Assembly: GCA_016928395.1 (NCBI GenBank)
Contig: JAFGKV010000057.1
Location: forward strand, 1-37,623
Length of the DNA stretch: 37,623 bases
Source of the DNA: Candidatus Fermentibacterota bacterium
GTDB taxonomy: Bacteria > JAFGKV01
Direction: 5' to 3'
Position numbers and translations under genes: made by a program. Positions 10,000-19,343 of the stretch are shown here, in pieces. A model generated the notes under the pieces. That model saw only the letters and a program-made list of their open reading frames with translations. It had not been told where the DNA came from and did not search any database. Every line of letters begins with the position of its first letter. Position 1 is the stretch's first letter.

Positions 10000-10274
10000 G
10001 TGCCGGGTGCCTCGATGAGCCCGGTGACGGAACCCAGGGCGACTCCGTCCGAAGAAGAGAAGGGTCTCGTCCTCGGCATCGAGTCACGGCCCGTGCGACA
10101 CATGCCAGCCGCGGCATTCAGTGATCGGTGCATGCAAAACTTTCCTCAGGCACAGAGTCGGCGCTCCTCGGGTATCGTGTGGGGCGCAGTTGTCGATTCG
10201 TCCAAGTATGGCTCCGCGCCGGGCTTGCGCAACGGGGCCTCGGTCGGCATGATGGCGTGACATAGTGGGAACTG

Positions 10275-12863
10275 ATGGATTACGAGAAAGGAGAGGCGCA
10301 CCGGCCGATGATTACCACGAGGACCTACACGGTCACCCCCCGATTGCCAGACGCACTCCGTCCCATCGAAGACCTGGCCTACAACCTCTGGTGGACTTGG
10401 AATCCTTCGGCTCAGGACCTGTTTCGGAGCATCGATCCCGATCTGTGGGAGGAGACCCGCCACAATCCGGTCAGACTCCTCGGCGGCGTTCCTCCCCGGA
10501 AGTTGGAGCGCCTCGCCCGCGACGAGCACTTCATGCACCGTTTGCAGCAGGTCCATGACCGGCTCACCCGATACCTGGGATACCAGACATGGTACACTCG
10601 GACCCACGGCGACACCGCCGTCGGGACCATCGCCTATTTCTCCGCCGAGTACGGGCTGCATGAGTGTCTTCCGATCTATTCAGGCGGTCTGGGGGTGCTG
10701 TCAGGGGATCATCTGAAGTCGGCGGCGGACTTGGGCCTCCCACTTATCGGCGTAGGGCTGCTGTACCGCCACGGCTACTTCGGCCAGCGCATCAACCGAG
10801 ACGGATGGCAGCAGGAATCCTATCCTGAGAATGACTTCTACACAATGCCCATTCAGCCCGTGAAAGATGACGGGGGGCGTGACATCACGGTCATCGTCGA
10901 TATTCTGGGGCGAAACGTTGAAGTCGGCGTGTGGAAGGCGAGCGTCGGCCGCGTACCCCTGTACCTCCTTGACACGAACCGAAAGGCCAATGCTACGGAA
11001 GACCGCGCCATCACGGGCGAACTCTATGGGGGCGACCAGGATACCCGCATCCGCCAGGAAATCGTGCTGGGGATCGGCGGCATGCGTGCCCTGGCCTCTT
11101 TGGGCACCATTCCTGCGGTGTGCCACATGAATGAGGGGCATTCGGCGTTCCTGGGCCTGGAGCGCATGCGAACCCTGATGCACGAGCATGAACTGAGTTT
11201 CGCCGAGGCAGTCGAGATAGTCGCGGCCTCCACCTTGTTCACCACCCACACGCCGGTGCCGGCAGGTATCGACAGCTTCCCTCCCGACTTGGTGATCCGG
11301 TACTTCGGCAGTTACATTGAAGAATTGGGAATCTCCAAAGACGAGTTCCTCAACCTTGGCCGGCGGAACGAAACCGACAACACAAGCCCGTTCAGCATGG
11401 CGGTTCTTGCCCTGCGGCTATCTGGCCACGCCAATGCGGTGAGCGCGTTGCATGGAGAGATCTCCCGCCGCATGTGGGAATCCATGTGGCCAGGAGTTCC
11501 CCGCAGTGAGATCCCCATCGGCCATATCACCAACGGCGTCCACACCAGAACCTGGCTGTCCGACGAGTTCGAGCGCCTGTATGACCTCTACTTGGACCCC
11601 ACCTGGGTGGAGAACCCCATTGACCGCCGGCCCTGGATGCGGGTCGATCGAATCCCTGACGCCGAGCTCTGGCGAAGCAAGGAGCGGCTCCGCGAGCGGC
11701 TGATCGCCTATGCACGACGAAAGTTGCGCGGCCAGCTTGAGCACCGCGGCGCCCACAAGAACATAATCCTTCAGGCCAGCGAGGTCCTGGATCCCGAAGC
11801 CCTGACCATAGGTTTCGCGCGACGATTCGCGACCTACAAGCGGGCGACCCTCATCTTCCGCGACCCCGACCGTCTCCATGCACTTCTGTCGGATCCGCAC
11901 CGGCCAGTCCAGCTACTCTTCGCAGGCAAAGCTCATCCCCGGGATCTTGAGGGCAAGGAGTTCATCCGAACCGTGGTGAAGTTCGCCAATGAGGAACGGT
12001 TCCGTCAGCATATCGTGTTTCTGGAAAACTACGACATGATGGTAGCCCGTTACATGGTCCAAGGCGTCGACGTATGGATGAACACTCCGCGGCGCCCCAT
12101 GGAGGCCAGCGGCACCAGCGGCATGAAAGTACCCATCAACGGCGGCATCAACATGAGCGTGCTGGACGGGTGGTGGTGTGAAGGACACAACGGCGAGAAC
12201 GGGTGGGCCATAGGCGCGGGCGACGAATTCGAGGATTTCGCCTACCAGGACGAGGTCGAGTCCATGGCCCTCTACGGCCTCCTGGAGGACGAGATAGTAC
12301 CGCTGTTCTACCAGCGAGGCCCCGACCGGCTTCCCCGCGACTGGATCGCCACCATGAAGAACTCCATTAAGTCCCTCTGCCCGTTCTTCAATACCAACCG
12401 GATGTTGGAGGACTACACCCAGCAATACTACCTGCCGAGCATCTTCCAGTGGAACGTACTCACCAAAGACGACATGGCCGAGGCTCGGCAGTTGAGCACG
12501 TGGCGTGAGAAAGTCCGCAACGAGTGGGATAACGTGCGGGTTCTGGGCGTCGAGGCCGCCGTAGATCAACCGATTTCCATGGGAGGAGATCTGAAGGTCA
12601 AGGCGATGGTCGTGTTAGGCGCCCTGTCGCCGTCTGATGTGGCGGTGGAACTGTACCATGGCCCGGCGGACCCTGACGGCCGTGTGATCGACGGAAGACC
12701 CATTCGTCTGAAGCCCAGCAAGGCACGTCAGGATGACGCGTGGGTGTTCACGGGCTTGAGCCCGTGCGATTTCGCCGGTCGCCACGCATTCTCCGTACGC
12801 GTGGTCCCCTGGCGGCCGGGCATGGCTCAGCCGCTGGAGATGGGCTACATGACCTGGTGGTAG
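10275..12863 (+). CDS. glgP: Alpha-glucan (glycogen/maltodextrin) phosphorylase
   Basis: LAYNLWWTW, YFSAEYG, YSGGLGVLSGDHLKSA, HMNEGH, FTTHTPVPAG, GFARRFATYKR, and the PLP-lysine motif EASGTSGMK. Start may be 10308. Confidence 0.96.
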   Translation: MDYEKGEAHRPMITTRTYTVTPRLPDALRPIEDLAYNLWWTWNPSAQDLFRSIDPDLWEETRHNPVRLLGGVPPRKLERLARDEHFMHRLQQVHDRLTRYLGYQTWYTRTHGDTAVGTIAYFSAEYGLHECLPIYSGGLGVLSGDHLKSAADLGLPLIGVGLLYRHGYFGQRINRDGWQQESYPENDFYTMPIQPVKDDGGRDITVIVDILGRNVEVGVWKASVGRVPLYLLDTNRKANATEDRAITGELYGGDQDTRIRQEIVLGIGGMRALASLGTIPAVCHMNEGHSAFLGLERMRTLMHEHELSFAEAVEIVAASTLFTTHTPVPAGIDSFPPDLVIRYFGSYIEELGISKDEFLNLGRRNETDNTSPFSMAVLALRLSGHANAVSALHGEISRRMWESMWPGVPRSEIPIGHITNGVHTRTWLSDEFERLYDLYLDPTWVENPIDRRPWMRVDRIPDAELWRSKERLRERLIAYARRKLRGQLEHRGAHKNIILQASEVLDPEALTIGFARRFATYKRATLIFRDPDRLHALLSDPHRPVQLLFAGKAHPRDLEGKEFIRTVVKFANEERFRQHIVFLENYDMMVARYMVQGVDVWMNTPRRPMEASGTSGMKVPINGGINMSVLDGWWCEGHNGENGWAIGAGDEFEDFAYQDEVESMALYGLLEDEIVPLFYQRGPDRLPRDWIATMKNSIKSLCPFFNTNRMLEDYTQQYYLPSIFQWNVLTKDDMAEARQLSTWREKVRNEWDNVRVLGVEAAVDQPISMGGDLKVKAMVVLGALSPSDVAVELYHGPADPDGRVIDGRPIRLKPSKARQDDAWVFTGLSPCDFAGRHAFSVRVVPWRPGMAQPLEMGYMTWW

Positions 12864-13178
12864 ATACCCTCACTGCGCCAGGAGTTCACGGTTCGGCGTC
12901 TCTTCGCGGCGTGTTCACGGTGAATTCTTCTGATGAACGCCAGTACCCGTGGAGGAAGGCCCCGAACCCGGGGGTCAATCGGCAGTCGGCAGTCCGGCAG
13001 TCCGGCCTGATTAGTGAACCCTGAACCCTTGTTTGAGAGAACATGCAAAGCTCATACAGATACGCGTACTCGCGCTCGAGTGCCCAGCTCGTCGATTACG
13101 ATTGCGATTACGACACCGAGAGCGAGACCGACCCCGAGCTCTCTCGCCGGTGGGCGAGCAGGGGCGAGCATGGACAGA

Positions 13179-13236
13179 GTGGGAGGGCCTTCAGGCCCGA
13201 CAGGGGTGGCGTGTCGCGGCTGAAGCCGCTCCTGCA
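13179..13236. repeat. Inverted REP-like pair (REPIN-like)
   Basis: GTGGGAGGGCCTTCAGGCCCGACA on + faces GCAGGAGCGGCTTCAGCCGCGACA on -. Each is a GTRG-like tetramer followed by a hairpin around TTCA. Confidence 0.7.
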
Positions 13237-13456
13237 GGGAAGCCGCGGCACCGCGCACCTGCAATGCGCCGTCCTCTCAACCTTGAACACCCTGAGTGCC
13301 TTCGCCGTCGGAGGCCCGACTGAACCCTGAACCCTGGAGCCTGCGAGCGAAGCGAGGCCGGCAGTCGGCAGTCGGCAGTCCGGCAGTCCGGCCTGACCCG
13401 TGAACCCTTCTTTGAGAGTCCGCGTTCAAAGGGCTCGTGGTAAACCGCCCCAGGCT

Positions 13457-13510
13457 GTAGCCACGTCGCTCTGTGACGTGTCGCCCGGCGCAGAGCGCCG
13501 CGGCTTCTAC
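13457..13510. repeat. Second inverted GTAG-type REP-like pair
   Basis: GTAGCCACGTCGCTCTGTGACG on + and GTAGAAGCCGCGGCGCTCTGCGCCG on -. Confidence 0.6.
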
Positions 13511-13731
13511 AACTCGGCGTACCCTCAACCCCGAAAGATCTGAGTGCGCCCCGCGCCGTCAGAGGTCCGACTGAATACTGAACCCTGCTATCTGAAGGAA
13601 CCGACCGCCTCATTCACCTCGTGTTCGGTGGTGGCGCCCCAGGCAAAAGGGCCATATACTGCGGCGGCTGTGACGCGCTCTTTCACGAAACATCAGATGA
13701 TACTGTATGCCTCTCTGCCACAGGAGACCCC

Positions 13732-15129
13732 ATGGCGAACCATCCCCTGGTGATCGGCCCGACTTTTGAGGAGATGCTGCATCCCTGGAAGATACCGGCT
13801 GCGATCCGCTCCCACGCGCAGCGCATGCGCACCGAAGACCCACTCGATCCCATCAACCTATTCAATATTACGTGGCGCACACCTGATGACTCCATCGCCT
13901 ACATGCTGTTGCCCAAGGAATTCACCGGCGTTGAGGCTCCCATCGCGGTGCTCTACAGCAAAGACTTCCCTACGGGCTCTCACAAGGTGGGAGCTGCCTA
14001 CTCAGTGCTGGTGGAGAAGGAACTGACGGGTGAGGTGGACCCGGCCCGGCACACTCTTGTGTGGCCATCCACAGGAAACTACGGGATCGGCGGCGCCTGG
14101 GTCGGATGCCGGATGCAGTTCGATTCACTGGTGATCTTGCCAGAGCTCATGAGCACCGAGCGATTCGACATCGTCCGCAGCTACGGCGCCCGCCTGGTAC
14201 TGACGCCGGGATGCGAGAGCAATGTCAAGGAGATCTACGACAAGTGCAAGGAACTGGTGGCCGCGGATCCCGAGAGAGTGCGCGTACTCAACCAATTCGA
14301 GGTCATCGGCAACTACCGCTTCCACTACTTCGTCACCGGCAATGCCATCATCGAGCTTGCGGAGGAACTTCACCATCGTGGGATCGGCTCGGGGCGGGTC
14401 GCAGCCTTCTGTTCCGCCATGGGCTCCGCCGGTACTATCGCCGCCGGCGACCGGCTGAAACAGGTTTTCCCCGAGACGCTGACCATAGGTCTGGAACCGA
14501 TCCAATGTCCGACCCTGATCCTCAATGGATACGGCGGCCATGATATCCAGGGCATCGGCGACAAGCATGTGACATGGATTCACAATGTGATGAACATGGA
14601 TGCCATGATGGCCATCGACGATATCGAATCCAAGCAGGGGCTTCAGCTTCTCCTCGAGTCGCCGGGCCCTGAGGTGCTGGTAAGCCGGTACGGCGTACCC
14701 GAGGACTCATTGTCCCTGATGAGAGAGATCTTCGGCATCAGCGGCGTCTGTAATGTGCTGGGCGCCATCAAGACAGCCAAGTACTACCGTTTGGGCCCCC
14801 AGGATTTGATCGTCACGGTGTGCACCGATGCCAGGGATCGTTATGGCAGCGTCATGGCACAGCTCACCGACACCTTCGGCCCCATGGACGAGACCGAAGC
14901 AGCGGTCAGGTTCGTGAGCATCTTCGGACGCCAGAAGACCGACTGGATCCAGGAGGGCGACCGGGCGACACGGCTTCGATGGCATCACTTGAAGTACTAC
15001 ACGTGGGTCGAGCAGCACGGCAAGGACATCAAGGAGCTGGATGCGCAGTTGTCCCAGGAGTACTGGGTGGCCCACCAGGAGCGAATCCAGGAGATCGACC
15101 GCCTGATTACAGGAGCCCGTGGCGCATGA
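13732..15129 (+). CDS. Fold-type II PLP-dependent enzyme (cysteine synthase/Trp synthase beta superfamily), function unknown
   Basis: FPTGSHKVGAAY (PLP lysine), PSTGNYG, MGSAGT, HDIQGIG, GISG. AGGAG precedes ATG 13732. Confidence 0.85.
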   Translation: MANHPLVIGPTFEEMLHPWKIPAAIRSHAQRMRTEDPLDPINLFNITWRTPDDSIAYMLLPKEFTGVEAPIAVLYSKDFPTGSHKVGAAYSVLVEKELTGEVDPARHTLVWPSTGNYGIGGAWVGCRMQFDSLVILPELMSTERFDIVRSYGARLVLTPGCESNVKEIYDKCKELVAADPERVRVLNQFEVIGNYRFHYFVTGNAIIELAEELHHRGIGSGRVAAFCSAMGSAGTIAAGDRLKQVFPETLTIGLEPIQCPTLILNGYGGHDIQGIGDKHVTWIHNVMNMDAMMAIDDIESKQGLQLLLESPGPEVLVSRYGVPEDSLSLMREIFGISGVCNVLGAIKTAKYYRLGPQDLIVTVCTDARDRYGSVMAQLTDTFGPMDETEAAVRFVSIFGRQKTDWIQEGDRATRLRWHHLKYYTWVEQHGKDIKELDAQLSQEYWVAHQERIQEIDRLITGARGA

Positions 15130-16832
15130 TGCCTTCAGTTGACGGAACACCTCAGATCAACGCGGCCGGCAGGCGAACGCTTCGCGTGGTGTTCAACGGC
15201 ACGCCCACCACGGCCGTCCACGGCGCCACCGTGGCCGAGCTGTTGCGCGACTACCCCCATCCTAATCCTCTGCCGCCGCTGGGAGCTCTGGTCTCCTACC
15301 GGCTTACCGGGCTTCACTATGAGCTGGTGTCGGATTGCACCGTGCACACCGTTGACTATGCCAGCAAGGGTGGCGCGTCCATCTACCGGCGCACAGCCAC
15401 CGTCATCCTCCTGGAAGCGGTCACTGAGCTCTTCCCCGGCGCAAGGGTGGAAGTCGGCCAGTCGGTGGGCCACGGCTACTTCTTCGAGATCTCCATGCCC
15501 GACGGCCGCCCCCTGTCCGAGGCCATTGTCGAAGGCGTGTGTGCCCGCATGCACGAAATCGTCAAACGAGACCTCCCCTTGGTGCCGATACGCATCTCGG
15601 TGGAAGAGGCCATCGAGGTGTTCAACGGTTCGGGCTATCCCGAAAAGGCCCGACTCCTGCAGACTCTGCCTCACTCCAAGATCTGGTGGATCGACCTGGG
15701 CGGGTACGAAGATATCCTCCACGGCCCACTGGCTCCGTCCACTGGCGTGGTCGATGTGTTTGCACTGGAAGCGTACGAGCACGGAGCCATCCTCCGGTTT
15801 CCCGATCCGAAGTTCCAGATGCGGTACTCGCGAGGCCGGCAGGACAAGTTGTTCTCCGTATTCAGGGAGACCCGGGCCTGGAATCAGGAGATCGGCATCC
15901 ACAATGTCGCCGACCTCAATGCCGCCGTGCTGCGAGATGAGACTGCCGAGGTCATCCGGGTAGCTGAGGGCTTCCAGGAGAAGAAACTGGCCAGCATCGC
16001 CGATCAGATCTCGCAGGAACGGGGCAAGATCCGGCTGGTGCTGGTGGCCGGGCCTTCCTCATCCGGGAAGACGACTTTCACCAAGCGATTGGGTGTGCAG
16101 CTCAGGGTGAACGGCCTGCGCCCCGTCGCACTCAGCATGGACAACTACTATGTCGACCGGGAGCGAACCCCCCGGAATCCTGATGGTACCTACAACTTCG
16201 AGTCGCTGGATGCCCTTGATGTAGATTACCTCAATGCCGACCTCGCACGCCTCCTGGACGGCGAGTTGGTAGAAACCCCCATCTTCTCATTCACGGAAGG
16301 GAAACGACGATCAGACAAGACAAACCGCCTTCTGCTGGGGCCGGATCACGTCCTCGTGATGGAGGGGATTCATTGCCTGAATGAGCGCATTTCCAAGGCC
16401 GTGCCCCGGGATGCGAAATTCAAGATTTATGTCTCGGCATTGACTCAGCTCATCATAGATTCCCATAGCCGCATTTTTACCTCCGATTCCCGGCTCATTC
16501 GTCGAATCGTCCGCGACCGGCTCTTCCGCGGCTATTCGGCGGAGCAGACCATCGATGGGTGGGACAGCGTACGCGCCGGAGAGAATCGCTACATCTTCCC
16601 CTTCCAGGAAGAGGCCGATGTGCTGTTCAACTCGGCGCTGGTCTACGAGAAACCCGTGCTGAAGACCTATGCGCAACGCTTCTTGCTGACCGTGCGGCGC
16701 AATACCCCCGCCTACACTGAGGCTCATCGGCTGCTGGCATTTCTGGACTACTTCGTGCCCATCTTTCCCGAGGAGGTTCCACAGAACTCCCTACTCCGGG
16801 AGTTCATCGGCGGCAGTTCATTCACGTATTGA
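15126..16832 (+). CDS. Nucleoside (uridine) kinase with N-terminal ThrRS-like domains
   Basis: N-terminus YRRTATVILLEAVTELFPG...GYFFE...DILHGPLAPSTG; P-loop AGPSSSGKTT; LSMDNYY, MEGIH, RLIRRIVRD, GENRYIFPFQE, SLLREFIGGS. ATGA overlap with the upstream gene. Confidence 0.88.
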   Translation: MMPSVDGTPQINAAGRRTLRVVFNGTPTTAVHGATVAELLRDYPHPNPLPPLGALVSYRLTGLHYELVSDCTVHTVDYASKGGASIYRRTATVILLEAVTELFPGARVEVGQSVGHGYFFEISMPDGRPLSEAIVEGVCARMHEIVKRDLPLVPIRISVEEAIEVFNGSGYPEKARLLQTLPHSKIWWIDLGGYEDILHGPLAPSTGVVDVFALEAYEHGAILRFPDPKFQMRYSRGRQDKLFSVFRETRAWNQEIGIHNVADLNAAVLRDETAEVIRVAEGFQEKKLASIADQISQERGKIRLVLVAGPSSSGKTTFTKRLGVQLRVNGLRPVALSMDNYYVDRERTPRNPDGTYNFESLDALDVDYLNADLARLLDGELVETPIFSFTEGKRRSDKTNRLLLGPDHVLVMEGIHCLNERISKAVPRDAKFKIYVSALTQLIIDSHSRIFTSDSRLIRRIVRDRLFRGYSAEQTIDGWDSVRAGENRYIFPFQEEADVLFNSALVYEKPVLKTYAQRFLLTVRRNTPAYTEAHRLLAFLDYFVPIFPEEVPQNSLLREFIGGSSFTY

Positions 16833-16872
16833 TGAGCCCGGGCCGCACGCCGCGATACTCATAGGAGGATCC

Positions 16873-18126
16873 ATGTTCGATCTGCTCTCCCCCCATGTGG
16901 CCCACCGGGAGGCCTGGCGGTGTCTGGTGTGCTGGGATGCCCCGTGCACTGCCGCCTGCCCCGTGCATGTGCCGATCCCCGAGTTCATCGCGCGGCTGCG
17001 ATCCAACGATGTGGTAGGCGCCGAGGAGCTGGTCAGGGAGGCCAACCCCCTCATCAGCACCTGCGGCGAGATTTGCCCCGACGAGCAGTATTGTTCCCGC
17101 GCCTGCGTCCTCCGTGATGCCGAAGGGCCCATCCGCGTACGCGAACTCCATCGCTTCGTCACCGCCAGCGCCCATGCGCCCTGGCCGGCATGGGCTCCCT
17201 CCAGGCCCGAACGTCTCGCCGTGGTGGGTGCCGGGCCGGCCGGCATCGCCTGCGCCCGGGAGCTGGCTGCTCTGGGATGGGGTGTGGATGTGTACGAGCG
17301 TGATGCGGCGGCCGGAGGGGTCGTCCGCCATGCTCTGGCGGTAGGGCGCTTCGCCGTGGAGCGGCTCGACAGTGATCTCGATGCCCTTCGCGGAGCTCCC
17401 ATCACGTGGCACATGGGCCACGCTGTCCCATCTTTGAGAGAGATCCTGGAATCCTACGCCGCGGTCTTCTATGCACCGGGCACCCATCGGGATGTACTCC
17501 TGGACCTTCAGGGAGAGGATACGCTGATGGTATCGGGCATGGAGTTCCTGCGGGGATGGCGTATGGGCCAAGGCCTGGATCTGACGGGAAAAGAGGTTGT
17601 GGTCGTAGGCGGCGGCAATGCCTCGCTGGACGTTGCCTTGACCGCATGCCATGCGGGCGCGGCGAGGGTCGTGCTGGTCTACCGGCGCGGGCCCCGGGAG
17701 ATGCCCGTGTGGCGCCGCGAGCTGGAGCAAGCCTCATCCAAGGGCATCAGCGTTGAGTACTATGCCCATCCGGTGGGGATCATCGCGGAAGCAGGGGTTG
17801 TGCGAGGCCTCCAGTGCCGCCGCACGAGACTCGTGGATCACGGCGGGCGCCGCCCTGTTCCCGAAGACATGGAGGGTTTCGATTTCATCCTGCCCGCAGA
17901 TGTGCTACTCCGGGCCGTGGGATCCGAGCCTGAGCGTGACGAGGATGTCGACGTGCGCTGGGGCAGCAAGGCAACGGTGCCGGTCACCGAAGCGATGGAA
18001 ACCTCCAGGCGCGGGCTGTTCGCCGGCGGCGACCTCGTGTCCCGGGAGGGTACGGTGGTGGCCGCGGCATCCCACGGCCTGCGTGCCGCCCGCGCCATCC
18101 ATCGTATGCTGGGGGGACGATCATGA
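16873..18126 (+). CDS. preT: Dihydropyrimidine dehydrogenase PreT-like subunit (GltD family, FAD and Fe-S)
   Basis: CLVCWDAPCTAACP, CGEICPDEQYCSRAC, VVGAGPAG, VVGGGNASLD, YRRG, FAGGD. AGGAGG RBS; coupled to preA. Confidence 0.85.
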   Translation: MFDLLSPHVAHREAWRCLVCWDAPCTAACPVHVPIPEFIARLRSNDVVGAEELVREANPLISTCGEICPDEQYCSRACVLRDAEGPIRVRELHRFVTASAHAPWPAWAPSRPERLAVVGAGPAGIACARELAALGWGVDVYERDAAAGGVVRHALAVGRFAVERLDSDLDALRGAPITWHMGHAVPSLREILESYAAVFYAPGTHRDVLLDLQGEDTLMVSGMEFLRGWRMGQGLDLTGKEVVVVGGGNASLDVALTACHAGAARVVLVYRRGPREMPVWRRELEQASSKGISVEYYAHPVGIIAEAGVVRGLQCRRTRLVDHGGRRPVPEDMEGFDFILPADVLLRAVGSEPERDEDVDVRWGSKATVPVTEAMETSRRGLFAGGDLVSREGTVVAAASHGLRAARAIHRMLGGRS

Positions 18127-19343
18127 GCGCGCCGGCACTGCGTCCGAGTCCCACCGTGAATCTGGAAACGGCCTTTCTCGGCCTTCGGCTGGAGAATCCC
18201 TTTCTCCTGTCGGCAGCCCCCAGCACCGATGATCTGGACATGGCTCGCCAGGGCCTGGACGCGGGCTGGGCCGGCGTAGTGCTCAAGACCACCAGCGTGG
18301 AAGGAACGCCGGTGCCATTGGCGTATCCCATGATGTCCGCCATGGAGTGGGCGGGCCGGCGGCTGGTCGGCATGGGCAATATCGATCTCATCTCAGAGCA
18401 TCACATCGACGCCGTGGAAGAGCGCGTGCGCATTCTCACCAGGGAGTTCCCCGCCAAGCTCATCGCCGCCAGTATCATGGGGTCTCGCAAGGAGGACTGG
18501 CAATCCTTGGTATGGCGCTTGCGCGATGCCGGGGTTCACCTCATTGAGTGCAGCTTCTCGTGTCCCCAGGGCTCCATGGGCGAACGTGCCGGCGCCATGG
18601 TGGCCCAATCGGCATCGGCAACCGAAAAGGTAGCCGGATGGGTCAAGGAAGCGGCGGAGCACACACCGGTGCTCATCAAGATCACTCCCCAAGTGGCGGA
18701 CGTGGTGGAGATCGCCCGGGCGGTGAAGAACGGCGGTGCAGACGGCATTACCGCGTCCAACTCCGTGCCGGCCCTCATGGGAGTCGACATCGACACGTTC
18801 GCGCCCATCCCCAGCCTCGGCGGCCTCGGCACATACTCAGGCTTCACCGGCCCGGCCATAAAGCCTCTGACCCTGCGTACCGTGGCCGAGATCGCTCGCC
18901 ATGTTTCCATCCCCATCAGCGGCAATGGGGGCATCTGCACCTGGAGCGACGCGGTGGAGCTGTTCGCCGTGGGGGCTCAGAACATCCAGATATGCTCCGC
19001 GGTGATGCATCATGGCTTCAGGATCATCGATGATCTGAAGAGCGGCCTGGCGCGGTACATGGAGCGCAAGGGCTTCACCTCAGTGAGCGACATAGTGGGC
19101 AAGGCCCTGCCGCATATCGTCGACCATGATGAGCTGCCCCGGCGCACACTACGCAGCAGAATCGATGAATCGGCCTGTCTCCGCTGCGGCGTCTGCTTCG
19201 TTGCCTGCCGTGATGGCGGCCACCAGGCCATCGCTATGCGCGAGGATCGCCTGCCCGTTGTTGATGACGAACGCTGCGTTGGCTGCGGCCTCTGCCCACT
19301 GACGTGTCCGGCCGGGTGCATCCGCATGGAGATCATCCCGTGA
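18123..19343 (+). CDS. preA: Dihydropyrimidine dehydrogenase PreA-like subunit (FMN and 2x[4Fe-4S])
   Basis: NPFLLSAAP, GWAGVVLKT, GNIDLISE, SCP catalytic Cys, KITP, GPAIKP, ISGNGGI, C-terminal CLRCGVC and CVGCGLCPLTCP. Confidence 0.88.
   Translation: MSAPALRPSPTVNLETAFLGLRLENPFLLSAAPSTDDLDMARQGLDAGWAGVVLKTTSVEGTPVPLAYPMMSAMEWAGRRLVGMGNIDLISEHHIDAVEERVRILTREFPAKLIAASIMGSRKEDWQSLVWRLRDAGVHLIECSFSCPQGSMGERAGAMVAQSASATEKVAGWVKEAAEHTPVLIKITPQVADVVEIARAVKNGGADGITASNSVPALMGVDIDTFAPIPSLGGLGTYSGFTGPAIKPLTLRTVAEIARHVSIPISGNGGICTWSDAVELFAVGAQNIQICSAVMHHGFRIIDDLKSGLARYMERKGFTSVSDIVGKALPHIVDHDELPRRTLRSRIDESACLRCGVCFVACRDGGHQAIAMREDRLPVVDDERCVGCGLCPLTCPAGCIRMEIIP

Larger units (their letters stand above)
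12979..13587. repeat. Two tandem composite modules with shared ends and different REP-like cores
   Basis: Identical 32-mer tcggcagtcggcagtccggcagtccggcctga at 12979-13010 and 13365-13396, each followed by gaacccttNtttgagag. A ~70-bp imperfect right-end repeat lies at ~13270-13336 and ~13518-13587. Confidence 0.8.

Noticed and set aside
12979-13587. CRISPR array interpretation of the composite repeat
   Set aside because: Only two copies, 386 bp apart, with microsatellite-like borders; the geometry does not fit repeat-spacer arrays.
14820-15125. N-terminal extensions in the ORF track (also 13621, 19304, 20575, 4216, 7554, 28261, 32156)
   Set aside because: They overlap upstream genes or lack an RBS; downstream starts with an RBS or stop/start coupling fit better.
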